DNA of 36,646 bases from Candidatus Heimdallarchaeota archaeon (GTDB lineage Archaea; Asgardarchaeota; Heimdallarchaeia; Heimdallarchaeales; Heimdallarchaeaceae), in the NCBI GenBank assembly GCA_019057375.1, contig DXJF01000021.1, positions 1 through 36,646 on the forward strand, in the 5' to 3' direction. Within the stretch, counting starts at the first letter, position 1; every line of letters begins with the position of its first letter. This document shows positions 1 through 8,752 of this stretch, in pieces. The translations under genes and the position numbers were made by a program. Under the pieces are notes generated by a model that saw only the letters and a program-made list of their open reading frames with translations, was not told where the DNA came from and searched no databases.

Positions 1-144
1 TGCGCCACCAGGATAGAATTCTCCTATTGGCTCGTCTTCTACTGGACCTGCGCCACCAGGTCTGAATTCTCCTATTGGCTCATCTTCTACTGGACCTGCG
101 CCACCAGGTCTGAATTCTCCTATTGGCTCATCTTCTACTGGACC
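1..144. repeat. Direct tandem repeat, 48-bp unit, at least 3 copies (1-48, 49-96, 97-144)
   Basis: Units 49-96 and 97-144 are identical. Unit 1-48 differs by one synonymous change (GAT/GAC) and one whole codon (AGA/TAT on the coding strand). There are no spacers. Confidence 0.97.
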
Positions 145-228
145 TGAATTGACGACCAAGATTGTGCTCGCTATTAGAGCAACCATAGTTGTTACAAATA
201 ATACTCCAATAATTTTTTTTACTTTCAT
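1..228 (-). CDS. Signal-peptide/anchor protein with tandem 16-aa repeats (3'-truncated by window edge; not in ORF track)
   Basis: Manual translation from ATG 228: MKVKKIIGVLFVTTMVALIASTILVVNS-(GPVEDEPIGEFRPGGA)x2-GPVEDEPIGEFYPGGA, open to position 1. Purine-rich GGAAGAG just upstream; TATA-like TTTAAATA at 286-279. Confidence 0.85.
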   Translation of the reverse strand, partial: MKVKKIIGVLFVTTMVALIASTILVVNSGPVEDEPIGEFRPGGAGPVEDEPIGEFRPGGAGPVEDEPIGEFYPGGA

Positions 229-278
229 TTAACTCTTCCACCAGCTAAATTGAACTCAAGTTTACCTTTTTGTATGAA

Positions 279-337
279 TATTTAAACATTGTTACGAATT
301 TCCATGTTTACCGATTCCGTGGAAATTAGTAACATTG
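279..337 (-). promoter_or_regulatory. TATA box (286-279) with abutting inverted repeat (287-304 / 320-337), putative operator
   Basis: Arms CATTGTTACGAATTTCCA and TGGAAATTAGTAACATTG pair at 16 of 18 positions around a 15-nt spacer, directly upstream of TTTAAATA on the minus strand. Confidence 0.55.
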
Positions 338-766
338 ACGTTCTCATGCTGCGTTATATTTTTTTTAAATAGATTTTTGTCGGAATTTCTTTACTTAGGC
401 GTTTGCTTAAGTGTAAGGCAAACACTACTTTTGAATTACTTTCGGATTATTTTTCGGTTTAAATACTGATGTGTATACGGAGAAAATACATGATATGTGT
501 GCAAAAATATGCACATACGATTTGTCTGAATCATTTGGTCTCAATTCAGCTTCAATTTTATTCTGAATGATATACCTCTTTCAAGCAAAACCCATTTTTT
601 TGGACTAACTTTTCTTATATCTTAATTCTTTGAGATAATTAGCCGCAAAAAATTTACATACTTTTATTTTAATAACCAGATTTGCACCAAGAGTATTAGT
701 TACTGAAGTGTTTAAGAATGAGTAGCGTAAAAAGAAGAATCTTAAAGATTACTTACTTATTCTCTT

Positions 767-3097
767 CTACTGGTCGTCTAAATCATCAAGCTTTCTAATA
801 ATGGAATTCTGATATGGACTTTCTATTCTAGCTAGTTCTAGAAGAAAATCTTTTACTTTGTCAGATTGAATACTAAGCAGTAAATCTACTAAACCACCTC
901 TCAATCTAAAATCTTCTCTAACTTGAGAATTAGAATTATACACTCTAAAAGAACTAGAAATGTTCTGTCTATCAGTCCTCGTTTCTTTCTCATTAAATTT
1001 CTTTTTACAATAAGAAAGAACTTGATCTATTGCTTTACTATTTCCAATTTTTGCAAGTTCGCCTAATACAAAAATAGTAGCTTTCTCACTTTCAACTGAA
1101 ATTGAATCTATATCTATTGACAGCAGATATTCAATAGCTTTACTGTTTCCATTAAGAGCCAACTTTCTTAAGGAAAAAATAGACTTTGAACTATGTTCAT
1201 TATTTTTTTCCACTATTTCAATAAGTAAATCAATAGCTAAGTTATTTTCATCCAAAAGTGAGATAATTCTACTTTTATCTACGCTTCTACTTAGAATTTC
1301 ATCATATTCTTCTCTTGAAGTATAAACATCAATTTCATCATCTTCTAAAAACATATTTCTAAGAACTTGAATTACTTGCTCCTCTTCTATTTTACACAGT
1401 TCTTCCCAGTTACCAGTTCGAAGATTGTATGCGATCTGTTCTTCATGTGTTTCTGGAAGCCAATTTCTTCTTATTATTTCAGTAAATGCAAATTTAGATA
1501 ATTGTTCTTCTGCTTCTCTAATCACATTGTAGAGAAAAGAACGTAAACCGTTGTCATCTAAATTAACTACTCTTTCAAGAATTTCTTTTCTAGAAGTAAA
1601 ATCTGTAGTTTTCTGGAATTTTGAAATGTATTCTTCTAAATCTTCTGAATCTCCTTCAATTCCTAATACAAATAAATCAATTAATATTTTATTATTCTTC
1701 GAATACTCTATAAGAGAATATTTCAGTAATGCTTTTAGATACTGGGAAAATCTTTCATCTAATTTCTCAAAAGTAAAGAAGTTTTGAAAGAATAATGTTA
1801 ATCTTTGAAAACACTCTTCTGTTTCTTCTGGTTTGTAAAAAATCGTCCAACGGGTAATAAGGAGTGCAAGAAAAATATCAACTACCTCTTCATAGAAAGG
1901 TTCTTCATATTGATTTATCCAGAAAGTATGACCAATCAAGCTCCTGAAATTTGATTCAAAAATGTCAAAACTTCTTTTAAAAAGACCATCAAGATATTGA
2001 AGATGGAATTTTACAAATGGTGTCTCAATTCCCTCGATAAACTCTCCAAATTCTTGAAAATCATGACCTAGAAGTATTGCTGGTTCATAGTAAAAACTTA
2101 CTATCCCAGACATGGGTTTATCTTCATCAAATGAGCGATTTTTGAAAATCTGTAATAATAGATATAAGGTCATAACAACTATGTTCTTGCTATTTGCTTC
2201 TTCCCCATTCTTCTCTAAATATAGATTTATACTTTGTTTAGTTTTGTCATTCCCATAGTGTATCCCCCAGAGGTCTTCATCATTTTGATAATGTATCAAA
2301 TTATCTAAATCGACTCTTCCTTTATTAAAGAAATACCCTCCATTTTGTTGATTTCTACCGTAGGTTAACAAAATTTCTCTAAAAGGAAAATTTTCAACTA
2401 GAGCTTTGTTTTCTTCAACTATTTTTTCTACTTCTTCTATTAGTATCATAATTGCTTTAGACTCCCTCTCTTTTTCTCTTGCTCCTTCAGAAATAGATCT
2501 ACGCCCAATGTATCCAAATATGGAGACCTTTAGGAATAATTTGTTTAAACGATACATAAAGTCGGTTCCTTGAGATTCTTTGAAGAATTCTGCTGATCTT
2601 AATTTCGCTTCAGTTTGAGAAATAATTTCAGCTTGAATTGATTCCCAGTCTTCATATCCAGATCTAGATAAAAATGTTACAGGATGCATACCAACTGCGG
2701 AAATCTCAAAGAATGCTTCTTCATTTTCTTTTGCATAGAATCTATATGAACACCTCATGAACGCATATAATAAAGTAGGAAATCGTTCCACAAATTGGTT
2801 TATTAAAATACAAAGTTCTAATGATATATCTTCTGAATAATTCCAGTTTTCTAAACCTTCTAGCTCTTTCTGTAAATTCTCTAGAAAGGATTCGTTTACC
2901 TCTTTATCTTCTTCTGAAATGAGACTTATTTTAGCTATTTCTATAGCTTCTCTAAGATAATGGATAAAATGAGTAAAAGTAGGATAAGACTTAGGTTTTG
3001 CAATTAACTCTGAATCAAGAAATTGCTTAATTAAGATACAAGGAGGTATTTCAGATTTAATTAGACCAGCATAATCCATTCGTAACAAAAAATACAT
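767..3097 (-). CDS. Large helical hypothetical protein with C-terminal HEAT/ARM-like repeats
   Basis: 776-aa ORF. Near-repeats KLALNGNSKAIEYLL and ELAKIGNSKAIDQVL resemble PBS-lyase HEAT repeats; no catalytic motif recognised. Confidence 0.6.
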   Translation of the reverse strand: MYFLLRMDYAGLIKSEIPPCILIKQFLDSELIAKPKSYPTFTHFIHYLREAIEIAKISLISEEDKEVNESFLENLQKELEGLENWNYSEDISLELCILINQFVERFPTLLYAFMRCSYRFYAKENEEAFFEISAVGMHPVTFLSRSGYEDWESIQAEIISQTEAKLRSAEFFKESQGTDFMYRLNKLFLKVSIFGYIGRRSISEGAREKERESKAIMILIEEVEKIVEENKALVENFPFREILLTYGRNQQNGGYFFNKGRVDLDNLIHYQNDEDLWGIHYGNDKTKQSINLYLEKNGEEANSKNIVVMTLYLLLQIFKNRSFDEDKPMSGIVSFYYEPAILLGHDFQEFGEFIEGIETPFVKFHLQYLDGLFKRSFDIFESNFRSLIGHTFWINQYEEPFYEEVVDIFLALLITRWTIFYKPEETEECFQRLTLFFQNFFTFEKLDERFSQYLKALLKYSLIEYSKNNKILIDLFVLGIEGDSEDLEEYISKFQKTTDFTSRKEILERVVNLDDNGLRSFLYNVIREAEEQLSKFAFTEIIRRNWLPETHEEQIAYNLRTGNWEELCKIEEEQVIQVLRNMFLEDDEIDVYTSREEYDEILSRSVDKSRIISLLDENNLAIDLLIEIVEKNNEHSSKSIFSLRKLALNGNSKAIEYLLSIDIDSISVESEKATIFVLGELAKIGNSKAIDQVLSYCKKKFNEKETRTDRQNISSSFRVYNSNSQVREDFRLRGGLVDLLLSIQSDKVKDFLLELARIESPYQNSIIRKLDDLDDQ

Positions 3098-3130
3098 GCG
3101 ATAAGGAATTATTTAAGGTTATCTTCACTT

Positions 3131-3263
3131 CTTAATTCTAATGATAAAATCCTTCAGATTGAACCTTACGGGCACATTTTCCACAAAGGATTGGATCGAT
3201 AACAACAAAGTCTGTCCTAAATGTGCTGCTGAAGTTGATTTTGTAGATCTTGAACCTGAATAA
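3131..3263 (+). pseudogene. Degenerate RING-H2 domain relic
   Basis: Frame from 3131 reads LNSNDKILQIEPYGHIFHK (PCGH-x-FH with C>Y, TGC>TAC). The next frame from 3189 reads DWIDNNKVCPKCAAEVDFVDLEPE-stop. No start codon and no N-terminal CxxC. Confidence 0.75.
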
Positions 3264-3394
3264 GTTTCTTGTTTATTTTATATTTGAAAAAATTCTACAG
3301 TTTTTTTGTTTTACCAGCTAATATATATTGACGGTTACCTAATAGTGAGTTAGGCTACTATTTTATAGGCAACTATTAAACGGTTTGATGAATT

Positions 3395-3952
3395 ATGAAT
3401 AAATCAAAAAAAATCGGTTTGAGTTTGTTTATGCTTTCGATTTTTGCTTTAACAGCACTAGCTTCCGCAGAAACAACCTCAGCAAACGCTAATGGTTTTG
3501 TACTTGGGATCGTTTTCACTGTCGATGGAATAGATTATTACATGGCAGGTGCGCCTGATGGTCCTAATGGTGAATTCGATGTTCCTGGTCATTACTGGGT
3601 ACAAGCTGGACCTAATCAGTTCGTTGGTAAGCACTATAACACTGGTTCTTTTGGAATGCCACAATTTTGGTCTTCTGACGCAGCTGATGGTGAACTCCTT
3701 TACATAGTACATGATATTATCGATACATGGAGTCCAGAAAAAGCTGAAGCATATGCTAGCAGAGGATATGTCCACAGACATGAAATGAGAGCTGTTGATG
3801 GTGGAGCTGAACATCCTGATAAAGTTATTTGGCTCAAGCATACAGCCAGAACAGCCTTCAACTTCGATGGTGGACCAATGCCAGGAATGGCACACTATGT
3901 AACTCCTGGAGTAGACTTAGCCTTCATGAACAACTATTTTATGCCTTATTAA
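3395..3952 (+). CDS. Secreted His/Trp/Gly-rich hypothetical protein
   Basis: 185-aa ORF with a Sec-type signal peptide (KSKK, hydrophobic core, ALA-SA) and multiple His motifs (GHYW, KHYN, HRHE, KHT). Confidence 0.75.
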   Translation: MNKSKKIGLSLFMLSIFALTALASAETTSANANGFVLGIVFTVDGIDYYMAGAPDGPNGEFDVPGHYWVQAGPNQFVGKHYNTGSFGMPQFWSSDAADGELLYIVHDIIDTWSPEKAEAYASRGYVHRHEMRAVDGGAEHPDKVIWLKHTARTAFNFDGGPMPGMAHYVTPGVDLAFMNNYFMPY

Positions 3953-3974
3953 GCATAAACCACCCTTGATATTC

Positions 3975-4025
3975 GCTCCACTCTGTTCTAATCCAACAGA
4001 AGTTGGAGCACAACCCATTTTTTTT
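3975..4025 (+). terminator. Bulged hairpin plus T8 tract downstream of 3395..3952
   Basis: TCTGTT 3982-3987 pairs with AACAGA 3995-4000, extended by GCTCC/GGAGC; T run at 4018-4025. Confidence 0.5.
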
Positions 4026-4166
4026 AATTAACTTTTCTTATGTCTTAATTTGGGAAGATAATTTCCTCTTAATTTCATTTTCTTATCTTCTTATAAAGCA
4101 AGTTTAAATAGGGAAAAATGATTAGTACATCAATTGGATAATTCATATGTCTTGAGCTGAAAACTC

Positions 4167-5627
4167 TTGAGATGGGATAAGAATATAATAAAAATCTCAC
4201 TGTTTCTTCTTCTTTCTCTATCTTTCTTCACTTCTAACAAACAGAATATAATTGATGGAATAGGTCCCGAATCTTTCCATATTGACAATATCTTAACAAT
4301 AGTAACTTCTTTAGATACTACAACAACTAATGCATTTAAAACACACTTCTTAGAGACACCTCAAGCAGTTAATCTTGGAATTACTGATATTGATTTCAGA
4401 CATGTTACAACAGAAGATGGATGGAAAAAACTTCTGCAAGATCCATCTAAATCTGTTGATTTAGCTTGGGGGTTTTCACATGATTATTTTTACAATTTAG
4501 AAGAATGGAATCTTCTTAAGCCTATAACTAATTTCACACTTTTGGATTACATCAATGAAAATATCCCAGATGGTATATGTGGACTAGAAACAAAACACTA
4601 TAATGACTCTGAATTAGTCTGGTTTGGAACTGCCTTTAGAACATATGGATATACAGTTAATCATGATTTTTTGGACACATATGGGTTACCCGTTCCTATA
4701 ACATGGGAAGAATTAGCAAGTCCCATATATTATATTAACTCTGATGTTAATTCCATAGGCATGAGTGATCCACCTCTGAGCACAACGAATACAAGAATTT
4801 ATCAAACTGTTCTTCAAGCATATGGTTGGGAGGATGGCTGGTCAATTTTGACTAGAATGGGTGCTAACGCAGGTATCTATCCTGGTTCAGTTGCTACTCG
4901 TGCTGCAGTAGTTTTTGGTGAGGTTGGAATAGCTATGACTTCTTCATCTTATGGTTTTATTGCTATGAGAGAAAATACTGATACTGAGTTTATCATACCT
5001 CAGGATAATGCAGTTATTGATTTCTGTGACATATCTCTTGGAATTAATTGTGACAATCAAGAAGATGCTGAAGCGTTTTTGCAGTTTGTTGTTTCTCCCG
5101 AAGGACAAGCTATTTGGTTAACCGAGGGAATTGATCAATTTCCTCTTAATGAACATGCCTTTAATACTACTTTAGGTCAAACAAGAACAGATATCTATAA
5201 ATTTTTCAATAGTTTATATGGTACTATCTTCCTTTATTTCAATTACAGTTTAGCTCAATCGACTTTAGAAGAAACGGTATACTATTTTCATGATACCATT
5301 GTTGTAGAACATACTCTCTTACAAGAAACTTGGGGAATTATGGTTCAGATGTTGAGAAATAGTACTATAAATTCAACTTATTTCGTAGAATTAGTATATA
5401 GATTAGGAGCTCTTCCTGAAAATCTTGAATGTTACGATTACGATATTTATTATGGATTTCCTTGTCCGAGTTGGAGCAATTTTGCAAAAGAAAAATATCA
5501 GACAATAATTGATGAGCTAACAAGACTAAATGAACCTCAAGAAACTAGTACATCTATTGAGGTGACAATTATTTTACTTTTTACAATTTCAGTTGTACTA
5601 AACTTGAGAAACAAAAAAAAGAAATAA
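4167..5627 (+). CDS. ABC transporter substrate-binding protein (iron/thiamine-type), C-terminally membrane anchored
   Basis: Family-like motifs NHDFL..YGLPVPITWEELA, DPPLSTTN and FLQFVVSPEGQAIW; N-terminal signal; C-terminal TM plus KKKK tail. No permease or ATPase gene adjacent. Confidence 0.8.
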   Translation: MRWDKNIIKISLFLLLSLSFFTSNKQNIIDGIGPESFHIDNILTIVTSLDTTTTNAFKTHFLETPQAVNLGITDIDFRHVTTEDGWKKLLQDPSKSVDLAWGFSHDYFYNLEEWNLLKPITNFTLLDYINENIPDGICGLETKHYNDSELVWFGTAFRTYGYTVNHDFLDTYGLPVPITWEELASPIYYINSDVNSIGMSDPPLSTTNTRIYQTVLQAYGWEDGWSILTRMGANAGIYPGSVATRAAVVFGEVGIAMTSSSYGFIAMRENTDTEFIIPQDNAVIDFCDISLGINCDNQEDAEAFLQFVVSPEGQAIWLTEGIDQFPLNEHAFNTTLGQTRTDIYKFFNSLYGTIFLYFNYSLAQSTLEETVYYFHDTIVVEHTLLQETWGIMVQMLRNSTINSTYFVELVYRLGALPENLECYDYDIYYGFPCPSWSNFAKEKYQTIIDELTRLNEPQETSTSIEVTIILLFTISVVLNLRNKKKK

Positions 5628-5719
5628 TCTTCCATTGTTTCAGTCCTTCATTTCTTACAGATTAGCTATTTTTCTAGGGGTTTTTATATTTTCGTCCTAT
5701 TCTCTTTAGTGAAAGTCTT

Positions 5720-5983
5720 ATGCTTTTAGAGTCACCTAGATCTGATGAAGAATTCTCTGATTATATTTTAGACTATATTCTTGCTGAATCCTTCAAATCT
5801 TACTATGCTACCATTGATGGCTTGACTATTGAACCTGTCTGGATTCCTAAATCCTGTGTTAACAAGGATTATTGTATCAAACTCTGGTGGATAAAACAGT
5901 TTAAATCTGGCAAAACCACATGGAAAAAAGTTGAGACTAAGGTTGTTCAGAAGAAACTAAAGCATTTTTTTGAAACCCAGTAG
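5720..5983 (+). CDS. Small hypothetical protein with VWIPKS motif
   Basis: 87-aa ORF. ES.K.Y...G...VWIPKS resembles small SH3-like proteins common in mobile elements (recalled, not verified). Confidence 0.55.
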   Translation: MLLESPRSDEEFSDYILDYILAESFKSYYATIDGLTIEPVWIPKSCVNKDYCIKLWWIKQFKSGKTTWKKVETKVVQKKLKHFFETQ

Positions 5984-6068
5984 ATTAAATGTTGAGTTCA
6001 ACAGCTAGGCTAAGTAACTAACTACTGAATTTAGTTTGGTTTTCGAATCAACAAGTGTTTTTGTGCTA

Positions 6069-6983
6069 TCATCTTTCTTGTACAAGTATTCTACGTTCTT
6101 CTTCCAATAGTCGTATTTCTGTTTCTATTTCTCTGATATCTTCCTCTATTGCTTCTTCTCTTGCTACTTCCAATTCGCTTTGTCTTTCAGCTAAATACAT
6201 ATCAGTTCTTATCTGTGCTAATGAACGTTGTTCCTGTACGGGTATGAACATGTTCACTTGATGGAAAAACAATATTTGGTCATAGTCTTTGCGCTTACCA
6301 GCTAATCTAAGTGTGTAAGTTAATGTTTCTCTTTCGTCTTTTGGTTTATTAGCTCCTGATGGGGGATGGCTGAAATGTTGCTTGAGAATATAGATTTTAA
6401 TAGGTTCTCCTGGCGTATCTCGCACTTTAGTATAAAACCTTCTAATTCTTGTCAATCTTTTCTTCCTTGCTGATTCTAGCATAGGAGACATGTATTTTGG
6501 TTCATTTGTCTTCTTTCTTAATGGTCGAATAATTTTATCAGATGCTTCTTCTTTTTCTTTACCAGTTTCTTCATCTTTATAACGTGTAACTATTGGTTCA
6601 TATGTTTTGAACATCTGCACAATAGGATATCTTCGTTTACTTCTTCTCTTTCTATCTCCTTGTCTTCCACTAAGAGAAATGATTAATTCCCATTCATGGT
6701 CCGGTTCCATATCATTGTTTGTAACTTCTATTTGAATTGTACATCTTTTGCGATTTTTCTTCTCGTTTAACCTTTTTTTTCTCTTTCTTACAGGTCTTCC
6801 TCCTAAGGCTACGTAATCATACTTGTAATAATCTTGCAATGATGCTTCAGCATCATGCTTTACAATGGCTCCAGTAATGTTGAGTCTCGCATCACACAAA
6901 CTTTGTAACTTGTCTTTATGAAAGGATTTAACAGGCGACAAACTAAAAACTAAATTAGGTTTTTGAGGGTCTAATCCACTCAT
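6069..6983 (-). CDS. Highly basic hypothetical protein with C-terminal acidic coiled coil
   Basis: 304-aa ORF with K/R clusters RPVRKRKKRLNEKKNRKR and RKRRSKRR; the C-terminus EEAIEEDIREIETEIRLLEEE has heptad character. Confidence 0.7.
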   Translation of the reverse strand: MSGLDPQKPNLVFSLSPVKSFHKDKLQSLCDARLNITGAIVKHDAEASLQDYYKYDYVALGGRPVRKRKKRLNEKKNRKRCTIQIEVTNNDMEPDHEWELIISLSGRQGDRKRRSKRRYPIVQMFKTYEPIVTRYKDEETGKEKEEASDKIIRPLRKKTNEPKYMSPMLESARKKRLTRIRRFYTKVRDTPGEPIKIYILKQHFSHPPSGANKPKDERETLTYTLRLAGKRKDYDQILFFHQVNMFIPVQEQRSLAQIRTDMYLAERQSELEVAREEAIEEDIREIETEIRLLEEERRILVQER

Positions 6984-7093
6984 AACCTAGAGCTATCTTT
7001 TAAGGATATAAAAGAATTATTGTCTTCAATGGTAACTACACTAAATCTTATTATTACTAGTTAATTGAATGATTTTTTAGAATTTTGATTTGT

Positions 7094-8265
7094 TTATAGT
7101 TCTGTTTTTTTACTTTTAATTGCTAGTGTCAAAACTACTAAAGGTACAAGAATAGCGATTAAAGATATAGGTGTAGGTTCAATGTATCCTTCTTCAGCAG
7201 CTCTTATAATAAAATCAACAGCTAAGACCACGAAAGGCCATTCAGTTTCAGATAAGCTAGATGTAAAAACAGTCACAATATCATGATCTGGAATCACGTA
7301 TATTATCTGTCCTGCCCAACCTAAAGCTAAGTATGAATTAATCTGTGGATAAACCCACCATTGATATCCATAGCTGGTCCAATCAGTTAAAGTAACAGTA
7401 TCATTTGAAGAATGAAGGATCCATTCTTCTGGAACTATTTGAGTTCCATTCCAAGTACCATTGTTCAGATAGAGAAATCCAAATTTAGCCATATCCATAG
7501 GTAGTAGCTGAAGATTAGCACCTCCAAAGTAAATACCTTGAGGATCTTGAGACCAAAATGCATCAGAAAAACCAAGAGGTCCAAAGATATGCTCATTTGC
7601 ATAAACAAAAGTGGATTTATTTGTTGCTTTTTCAATAATTGCTGAGAGTAAATGAGAACCTCCGGAATTGTAATTAAAGATAGTTCCTGGTTCTTCGACC
7701 ATTGTTCTGCTTAAAACAAAATCTACCCAATTAGCACTTCCTGTCATCTGTGAGAAACTATTTTCTGGAGAAAAATAGGAAATATCTGATTCTCTCCAAG
7801 AGATTCCTGATGTCATGGTTAGTAAATGAGAAAGAGTAATATTTTCCTTTAATTCGATGTTGGGAACTGTGACATTAACAAAGAAATCTAATATTTTCTG
7901 ATTAACACTTTCTATGTATCCTTCCTCTATCGCTATTCCAATTAAGGTTGAGATAAAACTTTTAGTTACAGAATAAACAGGATGAAGCGTTCCAGCACTA
8001 TAATAACTAAGGTACTCTTCAACAACCAGATAGCCATTTTTCACAATTAGAACACTATAGTATTGTAGTTATTTTCATGAATGTATTCAAACATGCTGTT
8101 TATTCTTTGTTCATTCATCCCAACATCCTCGAATGAAGCACTTTGCCAATCATCTGTTGGCCAATAATCTCGCTCTATTGATGTTCCATTTGTGACATAA
8201 TTATTGTTAGTTTGTATAATTAAAAGATAAAAAGCTAGAAGAAATGTAATTTGCTTCTTATTCAT
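7094..8265 (-). pseudogene. Serine hydrolase (beta-lactamase/class C-like family), frameshifted
   Basis: ORF 8265-8047 gives the signal peptide and YWPTDDW N-terminus. ORF 8044-7094 carries SVTK, YNSGG, YGYQWW and a C-terminal TM. A 1-nt shift near 8060 restores ...NYN-x-YSVLIVKNGYLVVEEY. Confidence 0.8.
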
Positions 8266-8374
8266 CTTGTTTCACACAAAGATTTGAGTGTTTAAACACT
8301 AATTAATTATTTGTATTTTTATCTTACAAGATTGATTAAATTTCATATTTTTATAATCAATTCTCATTTATTCT

Positions 8375-8749
8375 TTGATTGACATGGCTCTTATTTGGGG
8401 AAATACTAAAGAAACACAGGAAGCTGCTAAGAACTCTTTTGAGGAGAATATTGAGCGGATTCTAAAACAAAAAGAGAAAATTAACCTTGATGAGTTGATG
8501 AAACTAATTAGTCATGATACTAATCTGCTAACAGACTATCAGCGATTACAAAAAGGAATTGACCAATTGTTAAAAGATGGAAAGATAATTATCGATCAAG
8601 ATAAAAATATTAGAATGACAACTCTATCAGTTTTAGGTTCGAATGGAATAGAGGAGACACCTGTTTGGGATCTCATCCATAAGGAAGAAGATATAGAGTT
8701 GAAAAAAGAAATAATTAGACGTTATAATCAGATTAATCCTTTACTCTAA
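8375..8749 (+). CDS. Hypothetical protein, possible winged-helix fold
   Basis: 124-aa ORF (TTG start; ATG at 8384 is an alternative). The pattern LQKGIDQLLKDGKII resembles a wHTH recognition helix and wing. Confidence 0.5.
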   Translation: MIDMALIWGNTKETQEAAKNSFEENIERILKQKEKINLDELMKLISHDTNLLTDYQRLQKGIDQLLKDGKIIIDQDKNIRMTTLSVLGSNGIEETPVWDLIHKEEDIELKKEIIRRYNQINPLL

Positions 8750-8752
8750 AGA

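Noticed and set aside
1-144. 48-bp repeats as a CRISPR array
   Set aside because: The units are contiguous with no spacers, are a multiple of 3, and encode an open peptide repeat; no cas genes are present.
1-144. Repeat cores as graspetide (ATP-grasp RiPP) substrates
   Set aside because: The units lack the Ser/Thr/Lys nucleophiles needed for ester or amide crosslinks, and no ATP-grasp gene is visible.
495-517. TGTGCA-N6-TGCACA palindrome
   Set aside because: Only 6-bp arms and not tied to an evident promoter; plausible by chance.
7094-8044. Antibiotic-resistance beta-lactamase
   Set aside because: The SxxK fold is shared by many esterases and peptidases; nothing indicates beta-lactam specificity, and the gene is frameshifted.
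8040-8060. Selenocysteine or stop read-through joining the hydrolase halves
   Set aside because: The stop is TAA and the halves are in different frames, so read-through cannot join them.
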